Assembly (NCBI GenBank): GCA_000008085.1
Contig: AE017199.1
Location: 270,001-302,000 of the forward strand
DNA: 32,000 bases
Source of the DNA: Nanoarchaeum equitans Kin4-M
Lineage (GTDB): Archaea; Nanobdellota; Nanobdellia; Nanobdellales; Nanoarchaeaceae
Direction: 5' to 3'
Shown here: in pieces, positions 27,637 to 32,000 of the stretch
How the letters are laid out: every line of letters begins with the position of its first letter
Position numbering within the stretch: the stretch's first letter is position 1
Translations under genes and position numbers: made by a program
Notes under the pieces: generated by a model
Databases searched by the model: none
What the model was told of the DNA's origin: nothing
The model's input: only the letters and a program-made list of their open reading frames with translations

Positions 27637-27685
27637 ATGATGAGCAGTTACTCCCCTGAAATGTGATGAATCTCTAATCCACTGA
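27637..27685 (+). ncRNA. C/D box guide sRNA (core coordinates)
   Basis: C box ATGATGA (27637-27643) - guide GCAGTTACTCCC (12 nt) - D' CTGA (27656-27659) - AAT - C' GTGATGA (27663-27669) - guide ATCTCTAATCCA (12 nt) - D CTGA (27682-27685) - TTTTT. TATA-like CATATAAA about 25 nt upstream. Confidence 0.93.
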
Positions 27686-27714
27686 TTTTTAAAAAGCTAT
27701 AATTGGTAAACCAA

Positions 27715-27867
27715 ATGAAGTGCTCTTACTGTGGGAGAGAAATAGAACCTGGTACTGGAAAAATATATGTAACTAACAAAGGCAAAATATACTATTTTTG
27801 CTCATCAAAATGTGAAAAGCTAATGCTAAGAGGCACTAAAAGAAAGAAATGGGCAAGAAATTCTTAG
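27715..27867 (+). CDS. rpl24e: Ribosomal protein eL24 (50 aa, missing from ORF track)
   Basis: Manual translation: [50 protein letters not shown]; canonical eL24 zinc finger. Confidence 0.95.
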   Translation: MKCSYCGREIEPGTGKIYVTNKGKIYYFCSSKCEKLMLRGTKRKKWARNS

Positions 27868-28418
27868 TTTTTGATTATGATGGCACTCTATTAAATTCTA
27901 TCCCTATTCTAGCTCGATATATTTACAAAAAAGTTTCTCCTTTTGTTAAAACCGATATAAGAGAGATAGAAAAGCTAATAGGTTTTCCTATACACGTTAT
28001 AGCTTACGAATTAGCTAAAGATGAAGATAAAGCAAAAACATTAATAAAACTTATAGATTTGAAAGAAGCATTTGAAGAATACAAAAAAGCTTCTTTATAC
28101 TGGGACGCAAAAATAGCAATACCTCAATTGCATAAAAATTATAGATTGGCAATATTAACCGCAAGTCCCAGATATTTTGTTGAATCGACTTTGGGAGAAT
28201 ACAAAAAATATTTCGATATTATTGATGACAGGAAAGAAAAAAGTGATTTGCTTGATAAAATAGATGCAATAGCTTATGTAGGAGACCACATAGTCGATAT
28301 AGAAATAGGGAAAAAATATAATATTCCAACTTATCTAATAGAAAGGCCCCATAATTTACATATAAAATATAAACCTAAACTCAAAAATTTGTTACAATTG
28401 GTTAAGATATTGAATTAA
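27849..28418 (+). CDS. HAD-family hydrolase (phosphatase-like)
   Basis: [40 protein letters not shown]. Confidence 0.9.
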   Translation: MGKKFLVFDYDGTLLNSIPILARYIYKKVSPFVKTDIREIEKLIGFPIHVIAYELAKDEDKAKTLIKLIDLKEAFEEYKKASLYWDAKIAIPQLHKNYRLAILTASPRYFVESTLGEYKKYFDIIDDRKEKSDLLDKIDAIAYVGDHIVDIEIGKKYNIPTYLIERPHNLHIKYKPKLKNLLQLVKILN

Positions 28419-28865
28419 ACCAACTAAAAATTTGAAACCATCCAAGCCCGGCAAAGGAAGCATGTTTAGTATAAATAAATAGAAATTCATATAGCCTATC
28501 GGGCTATCTCTGAATATTATATATAATAGCAAATTAGCCAATGGCCCAGCAACAGCTATTAAAGAATAATGTAATGGATTAGTTATATAAGGAATAACAA
28601 CCATTGCTGGAACGAAAAATATTATTGGAAAATCTATTAATCGAAGAAATAGGCCTATCAATAAACCAAACCAATTAACTGTTATATATGCGTTATAGCC
28701 TAAAGCTAAAGCTGTTATTTTATGGAATAATTCATGTAAACCTATGGATAAAAAAGCAATAATAAATTGCTCTTTTATTATATCCCATTTTAATTCTGGG
28801 CTAAATATTAGGCTAACAACCAAAGAACTAACCAATAAATAGATAATTTCCTCTATTGTTATCAT
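28392..28865 (-). CDS. M50-like (site-2 protease family) membrane metalloprotease
   Basis: HELFHK (HExxH) in a TM context, AVAGPLANLLLY, NMLPLPGLDGFKFL. Confidence 0.8.
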   Translation of the reverse strand: MITIEEIIYLLVSSLVVSLIFSPELKWDIIKEQFIIAFLSIGLHELFHKITALALGYNAYITVNWFGLLIGLFLRLIDFPIIFFVPAMVVIPYITNPLHYSLIAVAGPLANLLLYIIFRDSPIGYMNFYLFILNMLPLPGLDGFKFLVGLIQYLNQL

Positions 28866-29977
28866 TGTATGTCTTTCAAAGTTATTACTCTTTCCTGGGC
28901 ATTTACATTGGAATCCAAAGCTAATATTAATTGGTATTTGCCTTTTATTTTTGCGTAGGTTTCGTTATCTAATATTTTATCTATTGCTATTCCATATGCG
29001 CTGGGCAATTTATCTATCTCTTCTAATGGCTTTTCATCGATAATGTTAAATTGCTCATCAAAAACTATTGCTTTCTTTGTATCGAAAACTTTTGATAATA
29101 ATTCTTTGTATTTTTCTTTGTTTTCGTCATTATTAATGGATATGCGCAAATTCTTTATGTATTGCTCTAAAGGTATTTTCGATTTTAGGGCCTTTAGAAT
29201 CTCTTTGTTAGTTAGCTCTTCTACTTCTCTTCCTGGAGGGGCTACAGCCACATAATCTATATCTGCGCCTGCAGCTAACAAGTTTCTTAATACTAGTTCT
29301 CCTCCCCTATCGCCATCTATGAATAAAGTAACTTTCTTTCTTTTTGATAACTCTACAACACTTTTAGGAATGTTAATACCATTCATACCTAAGACATTTA
29401 GTATACCGTGTTTTACTAGATTAACAACATCTGCTCTCCCTTCGACCAATATTATTTCATCACTTTTTTCTACTAATGGACCAGCAGGTAATTTTTCTTC
29501 TCCGTATTCTATTAGTTGCTTAGAATAATATGCTTCTTCCAATTCTCTTCTTAACTCTTCAATATCTGGGGCCGTTTTTGATAATAATTGAACAAACAAC
29601 TCTTTAGCCCTATTCCTTATATATTCTCGCTTAGAAGACCTAACATCGACTATTTCTTTTACCCTAAACCTCGCTTTTGCTGGCCCAACCCTATCAACAG
29701 TCTCTATCGCTGCTGCAATTAGAGAAGTCTCTACCGCTTTTAAAGAAGTGGGTATTGTAATAGTCCCAATAGTTTTGTTTCCCACTCTTTTATATTCTAC
29801 TTCAATTCTTCCCAATTTGCCTTGCTTTTGCAATTCCCTTAAATCTAATTCCATCCCTAGTAAACCTTCGGTTTGGCCAAATATTGCACCAATTATATCT
29901 TCTCTATCTACTATACCATCTATTTCGAATTCGGCTTTTATTATATATTTATATTGTACAGGGGCAAACTTCGCCAT
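28862..29977 (-). CDS. dnaG: Archaeal DnaG-like primase
   Basis: Toprim IILVEGRADVVNLVKHGILNVLGMNG, VTLFIDGDRGG, N-terminal AIFGQTEGLLGMELDLRELQKQGKLGRIEV. Confidence 0.95.
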   Translation of the reverse strand: MAKFAPVQYKYIIKAEFEIDGIVDREDIIGAIFGQTEGLLGMELDLRELQKQGKLGRIEVEYKRVGNKTIGTITIPTSLKAVETSLIAAAIETVDRVGPAKARFRVKEIVDVRSSKREYIRNRAKELFVQLLSKTAPDIEELRRELEEAYYSKQLIEYGEEKLPAGPLVEKSDEIILVEGRADVVNLVKHGILNVLGMNGINIPKSVVELSKRKKVTLFIDGDRGGELVLRNLLAAGADIDYVAVAPPGREVEELTNKEILKALKSKIPLEQYIKNLRISINNDENKEKYKELLSKVFDTKKAIVFDEQFNIIDEKPLEEIDKLPSAYGIAIDKILDNETYAKIKGKYQLILALDSNVNAQERVITLKDIQ

Positions 29978-29998
29978 TCGTTAGCAAAATTTGTAATA

Positions 29999-31024
29999 TT
30001 AAAGCCTCTCCGCTTCTTTTTTTAGTTCTTCAAACCTTTCATCTATTTCTTTCTTTAGTTTATCTCCTATGAAGTAATGGCCAAAAGCATCAACTTTTGC
30101 AGCAATAGCAATTTTTGCGGCTAAAGTTCTTGCCATCCTACCTCTTAATTTTTTAGGCAATTTTTGAACATATGGATGGTTAAATAATACTCCATGTTTT
30201 GGTGGGGGTGTGCCTTTAGTTAAATGCTTAAACAATGCCTTTTCCGCTCCTAATACTTGGATAGTTGATGCTGGTAAGTAAGCTAATTCTTTTAAACCGC
30301 CAGCTAAAGCTAATAACCTCGCTCCAACTAATGGTCCAGCAATAGCTGTTACATTTGGGGCATACCTCTCCATCATTTGTTTTATGTAATTTTGTAATTG
30401 CTTTCTAAATTCATACATATCTTTTATTCTTTGAGCGAAAGTCATTAATATTTGTTTGCTTTCCTCATCTATATTACCACCCATTGTTTTGTCTAAGCCC
30501 AATTCTTTTAACCATTCTTCTCTCGGTTTCTCTAATACCGCTTTCACAAATTGCTCGTGGTCTTCAAATTTTTTACTTAATTCTGGGAAATATAATTCAT
30601 ACCATTCTCTAAACCTTTCCATCATTAAGTTTAATATTTTATTAGTATCGTCCAAAGCTTTTATTGCTTGTATTATTAACCAGTCATGGCTAACACTTTC
30701 ACTTAGCTCTCTTATTGTTACCTCGTATTGCACATCTCTAATATAAGAGAAATTATCATTTTCTCTCGCATAGAATAGAGCTTTATTTATTAGTTTTGTG
30801 TTTAAATCTAAGGGCAAATCTAATCCCTTATAAGCCCTTCCTAATATTTTTAATTCATATTTGCTTTTAAGTTTGTCAATTTCTCCTTTTAGTGATTCTG
30901 GTAATATTCCTTTTTTTAATTTGTATGCTTCTTCTTCACTAAATTCCATTGGCTTATATTCCAATAAAGTACCATCTTCATCTAAAACATATAGGCCATT
31001 CAAATGTATAAATAGGTAAGCCAT
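29999..31024 (-). CDS. nop5: Nop5 (Nop56/58 homolog), C/D box sRNP core protein
   Basis: NVTAIAGPLVGARLLALAGGLKELAYLPASTIQVLGAEKALFKHLTKGTPPPKHGVLFNHPYVQKLPKKLRGRMARTLAAKIAIAAKVDAF. Confidence 0.97.
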   Translation of the reverse strand: MAYLFIHLNGLYVLDEDGTLLEYKPMEFSEEEAYKLKKGILPESLKGEIDKLKSKYELKILGRAYKGLDLPLDLNTKLINKALFYARENDNFSYIRDVQYEVTIRELSESVSHDWLIIQAIKALDDTNKILNLMMERFREWYELYFPELSKKFEDHEQFVKAVLEKPREEWLKELGLDKTMGGNIDEESKQILMTFAQRIKDMYEFRKQLQNYIKQMMERYAPNVTAIAGPLVGARLLALAGGLKELAYLPASTIQVLGAEKALFKHLTKGTPPPKHGVLFNHPYVQKLPKKLRGRMARTLAAKIAIAAKVDAFGHYFIGDKLKKEIDERFEELKKEAERL

Positions 31025-31095
31025 TTAGCTTTGTTAGACCATTATTTATAACTTTATTGCCATTTGCTTTTTAAAGAGCTATTGCATAAAATAGA

Positions 31096-31506
31096 ATGAG
31101 AGACGACTGGTTTAGAAGGTTGTTAAGAGATATCTTTATGTTAGAAAGAGATCTATTAGAGAACTTTGATATGGGATTTGATTATGCAATTCCGGGAATG
31201 CAAATGAGAGAAACAGAAAGCTATTACATTATTACTATACCATTACCAGGAGTAAGGAAAGAAGACATTAATTTATATTTAGATGGGAACAATTTGGTTA
31301 TTGATGTCCACTCTAAGGCCAAAGAAGAGAGGAAAGAGAAAAACGAATATTTCGTTAATGTAGGAGAGATACATTTACATAGGGAGATACCATTGCCAGC
31401 GAATGCCGATCCTAATTCTATAGAAGCAGAGTATAGGAACGGTTTGTTAGTAATTAGAATAAAGAAAACCAACCAATTCAGAGGAAGAAGGATCCCTATA
31501 AAATAA
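31096..31506 (+). CDS. Small heat shock protein (Hsp20/alpha-crystallin)
   Basis: ESYYIITIPLPGVRKEDINLYLDGNNLVIDV...REIPLPANADPNSIEAEYRNGLLVIRI. Confidence 0.95.
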   Translation: MRDDWFRRLLRDIFMLERDLLENFDMGFDYAIPGMQMRETESYYIITIPLPGVRKEDINLYLDGNNLVIDVHSKAKEERKEKNEYFVNVGEIHLHREIPLPANADPNSIEAEYRNGLLVIRIKKTNQFRGRRIPIK

Positions 31507-32000
31507 ATCCTTTTGCTTTCAAATTAATTATTTTATATAACAAATCATAACAGCAACCCCTAGAACTTATATAGTTTCCATCGAAAAATAAATCTGTTTT
31601 TATTGTGTTTACTCCATGGTCTCTTAGATATTGTTCAAACTGAGGAAATTCTAAATAATCCCAAGTTGTTTTTTTGCCCTTAATTAGTTTTTGCTCTGCT
31701 AAAAATATTGGAGCGGTTCTAATAGCTACCACTGTGCCTTTAGTTAATAGATAGCCTATCAATTCTTTCAATTCTATTACGTTAAAGCTTTCATAATCAT
31801 AATAGCTTATTAATATAGCTATGTCGAATTGTTTATATGGGGACAAATCCTCAAATTTGTAATCGGGCATAATTTTAGTATTTTTTATTCCTGTTACACT
31901 ATACCCTTTCGGGGTTGCAACTTTTATATCGTAATTATCTTGGTCAAACCTTTTATATAACTCTAAAAAATCGTCATCATAAAAATGATCCGTTAATAGA
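31496..32000 (-). CDS. DJ-1/PfpI superfamily protein, partial at window end (ORF track start 31870 is internal)
   Basis: Frame stays open upstream of 31870: ...LLTDHFYDDDFLELYKRFDQDNYDIKVATPKGYSVTGIKNTKIMPDYKFEDLSPYKQFDIAILIS...GTVVAIRTAPIFLAEQKLIKGKKTT...FFDGNYISSRG. Confidence 0.78.
   Translation of the reverse strand, partial: LLTDHFYDDDFLELYKRFDQDNYDIKVATPKGYSVTGIKNTKIMPDYKFEDLSPYKQFDIAILISYYDYESFNVIELKELIGYLLTKGTVVAIRTAPIFLAEQKLIKGKKTTWDYLEFPQFEQYLRDHGVNTIKTDLFFDGNYISSRGCCYDLLYKIINLKAKGFIL

Noticed and set aside
27670-27681. D guide of the 27637 sRNA as targeting the 16S GGATTAGATACCC site
   Set aside because: Only 8 nt match before a mismatch; too weak to claim without the organism's own 16S sequence.
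29043-30746. ORFs 29043..29255, 29319..29528, 29748..29984, 29884..30072, 30456..30746
   Set aside because: Antisense shadows of DnaG and Nop5.
1-32000. CRISPR arrays, IS elements, transposases, toxin-antitoxin or defense operons
   Set aside because: By eye I found no direct repeat-spacer structure, no transposase/integrase motifs and no recognisable defense cluster. The PIN protein is closer to Fcf1/ribosome-type PIN proteins and has no adjacent antitoxin (the neighbour is a PRC-barrel protein).

Overview
AT-rich, extremely compact archaeal chromosomal window. It is almost certainly from a Nanoarchaeota/DPANN-type thermophile, inferred from the informational gene set, very short or overlapping genes and split genes. 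It carries ABCE1, an S-layer-like protein, GluRS, SerRS, NDK, ribosomal proteins eL33, uL30, uL15, L7Ae/eL8, eS17, uS17 and eL24 (eL24 is absent from the supplied ORF track), aIF2-beta, Rpb10/RpoN, DnaG, Nop5, TrmI-like, Taw3, TruA, SppA, an M50-like protease, sHSP and a DJ-1/PfpI protein. Highlights: (1) two well-formed archaeal C/D box guide sRNAs with the same 12-3-12 spacing, at 27637-27685 (+) and 12919-12967 (-); the D' guide of the first is complementary over 10 nt to the conserved 23S helix-69 sequence as I recall it; (2) a stand-alone topoisomerase half of reverse gyrase; (3) an isolated C-terminal fragment of a second type IA topoisomerase 1.3 kb away; (4) an isolated archaeosine tRNA-guanine transglycosylase C-terminal/PUA-like domain; (5) a tRNA-Leu(UAA) whose discriminator base directly abuts a convergent stop codon. 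I found no CRISPR array, transposon or obvious novel defense system. The novelty is in genome fragmentation and compaction, guide RNAs and several orphan proteins.
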